The translations under genes were made by a program, and so were the position numbers. 64,000 bases of DNA from an uncultured cyanobacterium (GTDB taxonomy: Bacteria; Cyanobacteriota; Cyanobacteriia; Cyanobacteriales; Cyanobacteriaceae), in contig CAVVOP010000027.1 of NCBI GenBank assembly GCA_963749915.1, positions 90,609-154,608 of the forward strand, in the 5' to 3' direction. The notes beneath the pieces are model-generated. The model was not told where the DNA came from. It saw only the letters and a program-made list of their open reading frames with translations, and did no database searches. Below are positions 22,265-33,240 of the stretch, piece after piece (position 1 is the first letter of the stretch; each line of letters opens with the position of its first letter).

Positions 22265-24037
22265 TTAGAATTTGAACACAGTACGAAGAATGCCCACTAC
22301 GATAGTGCTTTGTCCATTATTACTATTATTAGGATCGAATACGGCATAAACACCCGGAGTAATAGAAATATTGTCGGTGACAGGATATAAATATTGACCT
22401 TCTACAATCCAAGACTGTCCACGATCGCGTCCTACAGTACCATCTACACTACCAGCACGGGGAACCTGTCCACCGGCAACGGTTAAGACAGAACCCTCTT
22501 TGAATAAATCAAGGAAGGATAAGTTAGTATTCCATGTAAATAGATCGGCACTATCACCGTTACGATTATTACCCGTACTGTCCACAGATTGACCTTGAGC
22601 AAAAGCCCAGCCTACCCAACCAGCGATGTTGAACTTAGGGGTAATAAGCCAAGTAGCTTGTAAACCAATGTTTTCGGAAGTGGTCGCTGCACCACTAAAA
22701 GGATCTTTTGAACCACGGAAACCACCAGTACGACCACCTGAACCTAAATCAGCAATACCGTTAGATACGCCACCAGTGTAACTACTACCAGTGCTACCGG
22801 TTAAATTAGCTTCCCCTGCGGCAAAATAAGAGTGCATATAGGCCACGGCGAGTTTGAAACTGTCTCCAGGACTGAAACCTAACTGAATCCCAGTGCTATA
22901 AGTCCCATTAAATAAACCAGCCCCACCACTAGGATCATTTGCCCTGTCGGCTAAGTAGGAAGCAGTAATATCGAAACTCTTACCTAATTTATATTTGAAC
23001 CCGATACCAGTGTCACCGGGTTGACGATAGATGAAGGGATTAAAACGGTTAACACGAGCTAAAGCACCAGTTGCATCACTTGAGGTGAAGGGGCTAAGGG
23101 TATCGTAAATATCTTGAGGAGGTAATGCAGTACCAACCCAGAAACTTCCGTTATCGCCCACAGGGGTTTTGTAGTAAAGACGATCAATAATAACATCGTT
23201 ACCATCAGCACCAGTAAACTGTTCAAAGTTTAAACGAGCCATATCTGTGCCATAAGCAGAACCTAAGTTAGGAACATTGGCAGCCGCTAAACGAGTTCTT
23301 AATAAGTCTTTCCCAGTAAAGCTGGTATCTAAGATTAAACGAACACGATTACTGAAAGTTGCTTGTTCATCGGAGTCTTGGGCAGTGCTTTTAGCCTCTC
23401 CTGAGTTAGTTATATCACCATTTCTGTCAACGGCAACTGCTGAGTCTCTGGTGTTATAAACGTCACCTAGTTTGTAATCTGGACCACTTTGTGCGGTAAC
23501 GGCAAAAATTACTTCCCCTTTTAACTTGGTGGTAGTAGAAAACTGATTATCTTCTAAGAAAGCCACTCGACCTTCTAAGTTATCGACTCTTGCACCTAAT
23601 GCGGCCAATTCACTCTCAAATTCTGCCATCAAGCGTTTTAATTTCTCGATATCTTCTCTGAGTACCGCTTCACTAGCTGCGATTAGGCGTTCCATTTGCT
23701 GCATGCAAGCATTTAAACCGGCGGCAAATTCGTAACGACTTAAAGCACGATTTCCTCTGAAGGTACGATCTGGATAACCGACGATACAACCATAACGCTC
23801 AACTAAGCTTCTCAATGCTTCAAAAGCCCAATCGGTGGGGGAAACATCTCTTAACTGAGAAACGGAGGTAACTTGCCCCATAGGTTGAGTTTGATTATAC
23901 TCAGAAATTTGCTCTAAAGCTGAATCGGGATTTACTTCATTGGCACTGGCAGATTCAATGATTACACTATTAGAGGCAACACTCAAAGCAAGAAGTGCTG
24001 GAGTTGCCACCACATAATTTTTGACTAATTTGAACAT
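22265..24037 (-). CDS. SLH-domain cyanobacterial outer-membrane porin (OprB/Som type)
   Basis: QVTSVSQLRDVSPTDWAFEAL, FSTTTKLKGE, C-terminal RTVFKF; probable start ATG at 24037. Confidence 0.93.
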   Translation of the reverse strand: MFKLVKNYVVATPALLALSVASNSVIIESASANEVNPDSALEQISEYNQTQPMGQVTSVSQLRDVSPTDWAFEALRSLVERYGCIVGYPDRTFRGNRALSRYEFAAGLNACMQQMERLIAASEAVLREDIEKLKRLMAEFESELAALGARVDNLEGRVAFLEDNQFSTTTKLKGEVIFAVTAQSGPDYKLGDVYNTRDSAVAVDRNGDITNSGEAKSTAQDSDEQATFSNRVRLILDTSFTGKDLLRTRLAAANVPNLGSAYGTDMARLNFEQFTGADGNDVIIDRLYYKTPVGDNGSFWVGTALPPQDIYDTLSPFTSSDATGALARVNRFNPFIYRQPGDTGIGFKYKLGKSFDITASYLADRANDPSGGAGLFNGTYSTGIQLGFSPGDSFKLAVAYMHSYFAAGEANLTGSTGSSYTGGVSNGIADLGSGGRTGGFRGSKDPFSGAATTSENIGLQATWLITPKFNIAGWVGWAFAQGQSVDSTGNNRNGDSADLFTWNTNLSFLDLFKEGSVLTVAGGQVPRAGSVDGTVGRDRGQSWIVEGQYLYPVTDNISITPGVYAVFDPNNSNNGQSTIVVGILRTVFKF

Positions 24038-24050
24038 AATATTAAAAAGT

Positions 24051-24059
24051 TCCTCACAC
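24051..24059 (-). promoter_or_regulatory. GTGTGAGGA leader/RBS motif, putative Yfr1 sRNA target
   Basis: Complementary to the conserved Yfr1 motif ACUCCUCACAC; lies 13 nt before the porin ATG. Confidence 0.55.
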
Positions 24060-24215
24060 CTTTTTTTACTCACAAATAATTAATAACACAAAACTCTACT
24101 TCTAACAAGTCCTTTTTGTGTTTTGAATCACACTTATTGAATTATTTTTATGAAAAACAAAATTCACCTAATTGTTAATAAAAATTGCTGATTATTAATA
24201 TAAGAAAAAGCTATT

Positions 24216-25793
24216 TCATTCTGCCATTCTTGTTGTTTTGAAGGTAATTACATACACAAGCAGGAACACAATTAATAATATAACGAACCAATCTCCCTTT
24301 GCCACATAAAAAGTGATGGTATCACGGCGATAAATTTTACCAACGTGAGTTTGATACTCATTGAGGTTAGAAATCCATTGAGTATTACCATGGGGATCGA
24401 TAATGGCAGAATAGCCGGTATTGGTGGCCCTTGCCGTCCATCTATCGGTTTCAATGGATCTCATAACGTCTTGGGCATGATGTTGAGAAGGCATAACATC
24501 GCTATAATGGGCGTTATTAGACGCGGTGACTATAAATTCTCCTCCTTGTAAGGCTTGGTGACGGAAAATTTCGGCAAAGGCGGAATCGTAACAAATTCCC
24601 ACTATAGCTTGTCCAAAAGGAGTATTGAAAATCTGTTCTTTTTCTCCTGCAATTAACTGAGCGTCTAGGGGGGAAAGTCGATTAATAATATTACCTAATA
24701 TACCCCTAAAGGGAATATATTCACCCAAAGGAACTAACTTAATTTTATCATACTTACTAATAATTTTTCCTTCTTTATTAAGGGCAAATAAAGTATTTGT
24801 ATAATCATTATTTTTTTGATTAAATGCTCCTAATAATATAGGTATTTTTTTATCAATTATTAATTGATAAATGGGGCTATGATCTGCTATTTGATCATAA
24901 AAAAAAGGTAAGGCTGTTTCTGGGGTTAAAATTAGGTCTACATTTTTTTGAGCTAAATAATTATAGCCTTTTGTATAATTAATCATCGCAGTTTTTAACC
25001 CTCGATCATAAAGCTTTATTTCATTAGGGATATTACCTTGAATAATACCGATATTAATTACTTTTGCGGGGTCGTCGCTGATAGTTTTTTGATAATTTAA
25101 ATAACCAATGCCGTGGCTGACGATTAAAATTATGATAGCATTAACAATTAAGTGATATTTATTTTTATGAAAATGTTGCCTATGGTTGATAATTAAAATA
25201 ATATTTTCGGCAAATAAACCATTAATTAAAACAATTAAAGCGGTAATCACAGTTGTCCCAGAAACCTTCAATAATTGTAAAATTACCAAATTATAGGGAC
25301 TTTGAGTAAAAGATAAAGATGTCCACCATAAAGGGCTAAAACTCCAGATTTTTTCCAGTAAACACCAAATACTTACTGCTAAAAATAGTTTACTAATTAA
25401 AGGATGTAAAAACTTATGTTGATATATTTTTTTCTTAAAAATAAAATTAATAATAAACGTCCAAAAAGTAACTAAAAGTGCCCCCCAAAAAGTAATAAAA
25501 AACCAACAAAAAATCGCAATAATTAAACTATTAAACCATGGTACTCCCATCCATGTCATCGGGTGAATCCCTGTTATCCAAAATAAAGCAAAACCATGGT
25601 AGCCAAATCCCCACAAAAAACCGGCTAATATTGCTGTTAAGGGTGATTGATATAAGGCTATCCATAGGGGAATTAAAGCAATCCATCCAAAAAACCATAA
25701 ATTAGTTGGGGCAACGGTTAAACCCATTAATAAACCACCGATAAGTGCAAAAATTAGGTGTTTAAAAGATATTTTCTTGAGAAGAATAAACAT
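24216..25793 (-). CDS. lnt: apolipoprotein N-acyltransferase
   Basis: Multi-TM N-terminus; QGNI, PE, K.KLVPLGEY, ICYDS, RATNTG. Confidence 0.92.
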   Translation of the reverse strand: MFILLKKISFKHLIFALIGGLLMGLTVAPTNLWFFGWIALIPLWIALYQSPLTAILAGFLWGFGYHGFALFWITGIHPMTWMGVPWFNSLIIAIFCWFFITFWGALLVTFWTFIINFIFKKKIYQHKFLHPLISKLFLAVSIWCLLEKIWSFSPLWWTSLSFTQSPYNLVILQLLKVSGTTVITALIVLINGLFAENIILIINHRQHFHKNKYHLIVNAIIILIVSHGIGYLNYQKTISDDPAKVINIGIIQGNIPNEIKLYDRGLKTAMINYTKGYNYLAQKNVDLILTPETALPFFYDQIADHSPIYQLIIDKKIPILLGAFNQKNNDYTNTLFALNKEGKIISKYDKIKLVPLGEYIPFRGILGNIINRLSPLDAQLIAGEKEQIFNTPFGQAIVGICYDSAFAEIFRHQALQGGEFIVTASNNAHYSDVMPSQHHAQDVMRSIETDRWTARATNTGYSAIIDPHGNTQWISNLNEYQTHVGKIYRRDTITFYVAKGDWFVILLIVFLLVYVITFKTTRMAE

Positions 25794-25934
25794 TTTTATA
25801 ATTAATAATTATGGGGTGGGTAATGCCGATGTTCCCCCGATAAATAAAGATTAAAGGAAGGTTAAAACTTTTTAATTTAAGTTAAAGTCATTGTATATTG
25901 ACCCCATAACTAACTATTACTGATAACCATAAAA

Positions 25935-27416
25935 ATGTTAGATACTTTAGACTTAACTCTTTCTTTAGATAAGCAGACTTATCGTGCCAAAATAGAAGAC
26001 TTAATGCGGGAATTGCGATCGCTACAGAATATCTGTTGGTTAAAAAAATTACCCATTATCGTCGTTTTAGAAGGATGGGCGGCGGCAGGGAAAGGCGGTT
26101 TGGTCAAACAAGTGACTAATTATATGGATCCCCGTGGTTTTATCGTACACCCGATCTTAGCACCTTCGGAAAATGAAAAAAAATATCCTTTTTTGTGGCG
26201 TTTTTGGCAAAAATTACCCTCTAAACGCAGTATTGGTATTTTCTATCATAGTTGGTACACCCATTTATTGGAAGATAGATTATGCAAACGTTTACATAAT
26301 AGCCATGTGCCTACCATTATGCGTGATATTAACGCCTTCGAGAGACAATTGGTTGAAGATGGTGCCGTCATTGCTAAATATTGGCTTCATTTAAGCAAAA
26401 AAGAATTAAAAGATCGTCTCAAGGAATACGAAAAAGATGAGCTGGAATCATGGCGAGTGCGTAAGGAAGATTGGCAACAGGCAAAAAATTATGACCAATA
26501 TAAAACTCTAGCAGAAGAAATGCTTATTTACACCAGCAGTGGTTTCACTCCTTGGGTATTGGTAGAAGCTAATTGTCAACGGTGGGCGAAGGTTAAGGTT
26601 TTAACCCAATTAGTCTCCACCATTCGAGAAGCCTTGGCTAAACAAGAAATTACCATGGAAAGCCCTTGTTTACCTCCTCAAACAGCTTTATTATCCACCG
26701 AACCTGACTATTTAGCACAAGTTGATTTAAACCTCACTCTCCTAAAAGAAGAATATAAAATTAAACTGAAACAATCTCAAGTAGAACTTAGGAAATTACA
26801 GAAAGACATTTTTGAAAAGAATATCGGCGTTTTATTATTGTTTGAAGGTTGGGATGCTGCGGGAAAAGGGGGTGCAATTAAAAGAGTTACCGATATTTTA
26901 GATCCTCGTAGCTATGAAGTCCACGCTTTTAGCGTCCCCACTGAAGAAGAACATCTATATCATTATCTCTGGCGTTTTTGGCGACGGTTAACCCCCACGG
27001 GAAAAATCGGCATTTTCGATCGCACATGGTATGGTAGGGTGTTAGTGGAGAGAATCGAAGGTTTTGCCAGCGAAACACAGTGGAGAAGGTCTTATCGAGA
27101 AATTAACGAATTTGAAGCTCAGTTATCTAGTTCCAACTATATAATTATCAAATATTGGCTACATATTAGCCCCGAAGAACAATTAAGACGTTTTGAGGCA
27201 CGTAAAGGTGATCATTATAAAAACTATAAATTAACCGGTGACGATTATCGTAATCGTGAAAAATGGAATTTATATTACGTTGCCGTCAATCAAACCATTG
27301 CCCATACTAGCACCCCCCAAGCCCCTTGGACGATCGTACCTGGTAACGATAAATATTACGCAAGGCTTTTTGTCTTAGAAACCATTATCAATGCCATTAA
27401 ACATAAACTAACATGA
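25935..27416 (+). CDS. pap: polyphosphate:AMP phosphotransferase (two-domain PPK2)
   Basis: Two PPK2 domains with EGWAAAGKG and EGWDAAGKGG. Confidence 0.88.
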   Translation: MLDTLDLTLSLDKQTYRAKIEDLMRELRSLQNICWLKKLPIIVVLEGWAAAGKGGLVKQVTNYMDPRGFIVHPILAPSENEKKYPFLWRFWQKLPSKRSIGIFYHSWYTHLLEDRLCKRLHNSHVPTIMRDINAFERQLVEDGAVIAKYWLHLSKKELKDRLKEYEKDELESWRVRKEDWQQAKNYDQYKTLAEEMLIYTSSGFTPWVLVEANCQRWAKVKVLTQLVSTIREALAKQEITMESPCLPPQTALLSTEPDYLAQVDLNLTLLKEEYKIKLKQSQVELRKLQKDIFEKNIGVLLLFEGWDAAGKGGAIKRVTDILDPRSYEVHAFSVPTEEEHLYHYLWRFWRRLTPTGKIGIFDRTWYGRVLVERIEGFASETQWRRSYREINEFEAQLSSSNYIIIKYWLHISPEEQLRRFEARKGDHYKNYKLTGDDYRNREKWNLYYVAVNQTIAHTSTPQAPWTIVPGNDKYYARLFVLETIINAIKHKLT

Positions 27417-27460
27417 ATTACTCAGATCTTGCACCTTTCCCAAAAGCATCTGTTGAGGGC

Positions 27461-27498
27461 AATTATGAATTATGAATTATGAATTATGAATTATGAAT
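27461..27498. repeat. short tandem heptamer repeat (AATTATG)5
   Basis: Seen directly. Confidence 0.85.
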
Positions 27499-27684
27499 GA
27501 GTTAAACTTAGTAAAGTATCTTTATAAAGAGGAAAAGCCATTTAAAAGCTAAAAAATAATCTAAAACAACCTGAGTATTGGATAAGCGAATCAGCTCTAA
27601 TAGTTATAGATTAAGAAATTTGCTCAATTCCGATATTACCGTTGTTAAATTGTCTCAAAGGATGAACCAATTATTAAAATTTTT

Positions 27685-27900
27685 ATGATTCCAAATAGTA
27701 TTACTATTACCGTTAATGGTGAATGTTGCAACTGTCCTGAAAATGTCCGTTTGCCGGTTTTGTTACCCTCCCTCGGTTTTAATCCTCGTCTCATCGCTTT
27801 AGAATATAACGGCGAAATCTTACATAGACAGTATTGGGACACCACCATTGTCAAAAATGGCGATCGCCTAGAAGTAGTCACTATTGTGGGCGGAGGATAA
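27685..27900 (+). CDS. thiS: sulfur carrier protein ThiS
   Basis: ITVNGE...EYNGEI...GDRLEVVTIVGGG. Confidence 0.92.
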   Translation: MIPNSITITVNGECCNCPENVRLPVLLPSLGFNPRLIALEYNGEILHRQYWDTTIVKNGDRLEVVTIVGGG

Positions 27901-27970
27901 AAGAATGAATAATGAATAATTAATAATTAACAAAATTAAGGAGCTTTTTCAAGAAAGAAATAATAAAAAT

Positions 27971-28576
27971 ATGGGTAAGAAAATAACTTGGCAGAAAAAT
28001 AGCGAAAATCCTGATAACTATAACGTAACTAACTTAAAATTTATCAGTGAATGGTGGTCAAAATTAGACGAAATAGAAGTTAAACTAGCCCAAAGATTAA
28101 TTCCAGACACAGGAAATGTTAATGATATTGACTGGAAATTCCAGAGATTTGATGAAGATTTTACCCTCGAATCCCCTCAAATAAGAGGCATAACTGTCTA
28201 TGGGAAGAAAAAAGGTGATGAGAGAGAATTTGGTTACACTGCACAAAAAATAGAGTTAGACACCGATAATCAGCAATTAGACATCTATCTTCAATCTCAA
28301 CCCAATACCATTATCCGTTTTACTATACCCACAATTCAATATCAAACTATCGCCTTAGGAGAGGTGGAAATAGTTAGTAATGGGGATGGTAAAAATCATC
28401 TTATTTTGTTGAGAAATAATCAAGCAAAATTAGAAGTAACCTTTACCTTAAATTCTGATCAACAACTATATTTATTGTCACAACTAGCGAAAACCCTCAA
28501 ACTTAATCCGAAACTTAATATTTCCCCAGACACCCTGAGGGAATTACAGGATTTATTACAACAACAGAGTATGTAA
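27971..28576 (+). CDS. hypothetical protein
   Basis: 201-aa ORF with host-like composition; no motif recognised. Confidence 0.7.
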   Translation: MGKKITWQKNSENPDNYNVTNLKFISEWWSKLDEIEVKLAQRLIPDTGNVNDIDWKFQRFDEDFTLESPQIRGITVYGKKKGDEREFGYTAQKIELDTDNQQLDIYLQSQPNTIIRFTIPTIQYQTIALGEVEIVSNGDGKNHLILLRNNQAKLEVTFTLNSDQQLYLLSQLAKTLKLNPKLNISPDTLRELQDLLQQQSM

Positions 28577-28679
28577 TACCAATACTTTAGTAAAATGAGC
28601 AATATTTAAATTACTTTCCTGTCTATTCCCTATTTCCCTCCTCATCAAAAAACTTTTTAGCAAACCCAAATTCTTAATT

Positions 28680-29573
28680 GTGAATTTCTACACCCTTGAT
28701 GTTTTTACCAATAAACCCTTTACCGGTAATCAATTAGCTGTGTTTCCCCATTTACACGAGTTATCTTCAGAGAAAATGCAAAAAATCGCGATGGAGTTTA
28801 ACTTCTCCGAAACGGTTTTCGTCTTTCCGCCTAGTAACCCCCAAGCTAATTTTGATGTGCGTATTTTTACCCCCGGGGGAGAAATTCCTTTTGCCGGACA
28901 TCCCACCATCGGCACTGCTTTTCTCTTAGCATATTTGGGGATGGTTGATTTAACTGGTGATACCACCGAAATTATTTTACATGAAGGGATTGGGAATGTT
29001 CCTGTTACTATTTATAGTCAATATCATGAGCCCATCGCCACAGAATTGAAAGTACCGAATCCTCCGGAATTTTTTGGTGATATTCCCTCAAAAAAAGCCT
29101 TAAGCTCAGTTTTATCGTTATCAGAGACAGATTTAAGCGATAAATATACCCCTCAAGCCGTTTCTTGCGGTTTACCATTTTTAATTATTCCCCTCAACAG
29201 TCTTTCAGCTTTAACCAAGGCACAGATTAACTTGACGGCATGGCAAAAAACCCTATGGGATTATATCGCCCCCCATCTCTATCCTTGTTATCAGGTGGAT
29301 GAATTTCAATGGCGAGTAAGAATGTTTGCCCCGGCTTTAAATATAGCGGAAGATCCAGCCACGGGTTCGGCGGCGACAGCTTTTTCTGCTTATTTAGCTA
29401 CTTATCAACCAGAAAATAACGGTAATTGGCAATGGTTAATTGAGCAAGGTATGGAAATCAATCGCCCTAGTAGAATTATAGCGATCGCCAGTAAAAAAGA
29501 CAATAAAATCACGGAGATAAAAGTTAGAGGTGAATCGGTAATTATCACCGAGGGAATTTTGATCATTAATTAG
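28680..29573 (+). CDS. PhzF family isomerase
   Basis: DVF...GNQLAV, FSETVF, EIPFAGHPT, EDPATGSA. Confidence 0.92.
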   Translation: MNFYTLDVFTNKPFTGNQLAVFPHLHELSSEKMQKIAMEFNFSETVFVFPPSNPQANFDVRIFTPGGEIPFAGHPTIGTAFLLAYLGMVDLTGDTTEIILHEGIGNVPVTIYSQYHEPIATELKVPNPPEFFGDIPSKKALSSVLSLSETDLSDKYTPQAVSCGLPFLIIPLNSLSALTKAQINLTAWQKTLWDYIAPHLYPCYQVDEFQWRVRMFAPALNIAEDPATGSAATAFSAYLATYQPENNGNWQWLIEQGMEINRPSRIIAIASKKDNKITEIKVRGESVIITEGILIIN

Positions 29574-30112
29574 GTGAAAAGTCGGAATCCTATACCAGTC
29601 AATCAAGTGTATTATATTGTAAAGAATTGTAAAGAAATACTGGCTTTCCATAACAAAATATTTCTTTTATGGTTTACTGGTGGTAGGAGTGTGTAGGGGT
29701 TAGAGTGATCGATAAGTTGGGAAGCACAGGCTTTATTACTATTCGGTCAATTGTTTTGGGGTCTAAATGGGGATGTAAACATTGCCTGAGGTGCACTTCA
29801 TCTATTTCTAAAGTTTTATGACTACGAAGTCAGCTATTTCTAAAGTTTTATGACTTTACGAGTAGCTAAAAGACTTTAAGTCTGTCTTAAGATATTTGCC
29901 AGACTGAGTTTCAGACAATTTATAAAAGTAAACTTTTGTCAGTCATTCTTCGTTCTTAAATTGTTTGGAAAGCTTGATTCGCAAGCAGTAAAAGTGTGCT
30001 AGGTGGTGACGTCTCCACAACCTGAAAATGTGCGAACCGACAGTGCAATGGTTCTAAGAGCACTACTTCTATACCACTAGTGAGCGGCTTACAGTTTACG
30101 AGGTAAATAACT

Positions 30113-32327
30113 ATGAATCCGATTTTTGCTGATATTTTCGATGGCAATCTGTTGGACAATAACATCACTAACGGTGGTGTTCTTGATGATAATATTGTTC
30201 TCGACAATGGAAATGATACTTCCAACGGTGGCAGTGGCAACGATCTCATATATGGCATGGTGACGATTTGCTCTTCGGTGATACGGGGACGACTACCTCT
30301 TCGGTGGTGCCGGTACAGACACCTCAAGGGTAATGGGAACAACGACACTCTCAATGGTGGCGCGGGCAACGACTACCTCTACGGTGGCACGGGGGACGAT
30401 TCCCTCTTCGGTGACACGGGGGACGACTACCTCTTCGGTGGTGCCGTACAACACCTCAAATAATGGTAACGACTCGCTATTTGGAGGAAACGGCGACGAC
30501 TACATCGACGGCGGCAATACAATCACGCAGACATGGCGGAACAACGACCTCCTCCAGGGGGGCTACAACCGCGACACCCTCAACGGTGGCAATGGCAATG
30601 ACAGTCTCATTCCGGATGGCGTATATGCGACGACGTGATGTCTGGCAATGGCAATGACGATCGCTATGCCTATACCGCAGCCAACATCGGCGGATCCAGC
30701 GTGGGGGACCTCCTCAATGGCGACAGTGGCAACGACTTCATCTACGGAAGCGGCGGCAACGACACCGCTGATGGTGGTTCCGGCAATGATCTCGGTTAAT
30801 GGCGGCAATGGCAACGACCTCCTCCAGGGAGGCTTCAATCGCGACACCCTCAACGGTGGCAATGGCAATGACAGTCTCTATGCCTATACCGCAGCCAACA
30901 TCGGCGGATCCGGCGTAGGTGACGTCCTCAATGGCGACAGCGGCAACGACTTCATCTACGGAAGCGGCGGCAACGACACCGCTGATGGTGGCAACGGCGA
31001 TGACTACATAAGGCGGCAATGGCAACGACCTCCTCCAGGGGGGCTTCAACCGCGACACCCTCAACGGTGGCAATGGCAACGACAGTCTCTATGCCTATAC
31101 CGCAGCCAACATCAACGGATCCAGCGTGGGGGACGTCCTCAATGGCGACAGCGGCAACGACTTCATCTACGGAAGCGGCGGCAACGACACCGCTGATGGT
31201 GGTTCCGGCAATGACTTGATCGATGGCAGCAGTGGCAATGACAGTCTCATCGGCGGTTCTGGCCGTGACACCCTCAACGGTGGTGCTGGCAACGACATAT
31301 CACTTCGACGGCGACAGCGGTATTTACAATGGAGATGCTAGCGACGACGTGATGTACTCTGGCATTGGCGCCGAGACCATGGACGGCGGCTGCAGGAGTT
31401 GACTTGATCGACCACACCGCCTTCAATGGGGCTTACAGCTTCAACATGACAACGGGTCTGACGAACTTTGGCGGTGAACTCTTCACCAACTTCGAGAACG
31501 CCACCATGGGCAATGGCAATGACACCGTTATCGGCAACGCCTCTAACAACGTCATCAACAGCGGTGGGGGCAATGATACCCTCAACGGCGGTTCTGGCAA
31601 TGACATCTTGAACGGCGGCAATGGCAATGACAGTCTCTTGGGCGGTTCTGGCAATGACATCTTGACCGGTGGTGGAGACGGTCAAATTGATGTGCTGACC
31701 AGCGGTAGTTTCGCCGATCAGGATACCTTCGTACTTGGCACTGGTTTCATCTTTGGCCAGGTCCTCTATGACTCTGCCGGTAATGCTGATTATGCTCGAA
31801 TTACTGATTTTGACCTTATTGATTTTGTAGGGGAACTAGCAACCCAGGTCGATCGAATCCAGCTCAGAGGGTCAGCATCCGGCTATCGGTTACAAAATGG
31901 TATTAATAAATTAAAATAAAACGGTCAAATTGATGTGCTGACCAGCGGTAGTTTCGCCGATCAGGATACCTTCGTACTTGGCACTGGTTTCATCTTTGGC
32001 CAGGTCCTCTATGACTCTGCCGGTAATGCTGATTATGCTCGAATTACTGATTTTGACCTTATTAATTTTGCAGGGGAATTAGCAACCCAGGCCGATCGAA
32101 TCCAGCTCAGAGGGTCAGCATCCGACTATCGGTTAGTAAATAATCTTAATGTAGGGGGATTTATAGGAGTGGGTATTTATGACCGAAACGTAATTGCCAA
32201 TCCCTTTGATGACGATCTAATTGGTCTTGTTCAAGGGGTTACTGCAGGCAATGGTTTTGGGCAATTAAACCTAACCAACACAACTCAGTTCACATATGTA
32301 TCCACCGGTGTTATAATTCTCCCATAA
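30113..32327 (+). pseudogene. RTX (hemolysin-type) calcium-binding repeat protein; multiply frameshifted, C-terminal block duplicated
   Basis: Many GGxGxDxL nonapeptides spread over several frames; GC-rich; YD..G..DYARITDF C-terminal motif occurs twice. Confidence 0.8.
31678..32135 (+). repeat. 215-bp direct duplication (31678-31892 and 31921-32135)
   Basis: Identical except five transitions in the last ~70 bp; 28-bp AT-rich spacer containing a stop codon. Confidence 0.9.
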
Positions 32328-32385
32328 TACGGTCGTTACAGGGCAAACGCAATTTCCCCTGAGAATCAAAAACAAAAGTAATCCG

Positions 32386-32409
32386 AAAGGTGGGCATCGC
32401 CCACCTTTT
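32386..32409 (+). terminator. intrinsic terminator / REP-like hairpin
   Basis: AAAGGTGGGC-atc-GCCCACCTTTT. Confidence 0.7.
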
Positions 32410-32678
32410 CACCTTTTATGGGAAAACCCTTGAAGATTCTCGTCTTTGAGTTTTGGATAGGGAAGAGGGGCTAGAAATCAAAAGAACCACCATCAAATTG
32501 AGTATTTTTACTCAAAAAAATATCCTGACATTTTCTTTTGGTATTCATTTTCTCTAATTTCATAATCTCAAACTATACACTTTGACGTGCGAAATGTGGG
32601 TTAAAAAGATCGTAAATTATTGGAGATGTCTAATAGTTTAAAGCAAGAAATTGCAGCTTTCAACTTTGAAGGGCTAAA

Positions 32679-33203
32679 TCAAGTTTTTTTACCAGGAATG
32701 ATATAAATTACACCAGAAATAATAGTTAAAAATAAAGCTATCCAAAAGGAAATTAAGCCAAAGGTTTGCCAAATGCCAGAGAGGGGGATAATTAGTAAAC
32801 TGATGGCGATGATCTGCATAACGGTTTTCAGTTTTCCCCAGATATTTGCACCAGTTATCTTGTCTTGTTTTGCCCATTGAGGATTAACTCTCCATCCAGC
32901 AATGACAATTTCTCTAACAATAATAATTAATACTGCCCATGCTGGTATTTGTTGGCGTTCGATTAACACCAAAAAAGGGGCTATTACAAGAATTTTATCG
33001 GTTAAAGGATCTAAAAATTTACCTAATTCAGTGATTTGATTTAATTTTCGGGCTAAATAACCGTCTAACCAGTCCGTTGCCGCGGCAATGATGAAAATGG
33101 CAAAGGCCATCCATTGAAAGCTAATTTTTGGTTGATATAGTAAATATATTAGGGGAATAACAAAAATAATTCTTGTTAAAGTTATGGTATTGGGTATATT
33201 CAT
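32679..33203 (-). CDS. pgsA: CDP-diacylglycerol--glycerol-3-phosphate 3-phosphatidyltransferase
   Basis: PNTIT..R, TDWLDGYLAR, GKFLDPLTDK, GKLKT. Confidence 0.93.
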   Translation of the reverse strand: MNIPNTITLTRIIFVIPLIYLLYQPKISFQWMAFAIFIIAAATDWLDGYLARKLNQITELGKFLDPLTDKILVIAPFLVLIERQQIPAWAVLIIIVREIVIAGWRVNPQWAKQDKITGANIWGKLKTVMQIIAISLLIIPLSGIWQTFGLISFWIALFLTIISGVIYIIPGKKT

Positions 33204-33240
33204 TAAATGGGGGAATAGGGAATATTTTTTATATTAATAT

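Noticed and set aside
28680..29573. Phenazine biosynthesis cluster
   Set aside because: A stand-alone PhzF-family gene with no other phz genes
29960..30110. Riboswitch in the RTX gene leader
   Set aside because: Only short stems are visible and there is no match to a riboswitch consensus I can recognise
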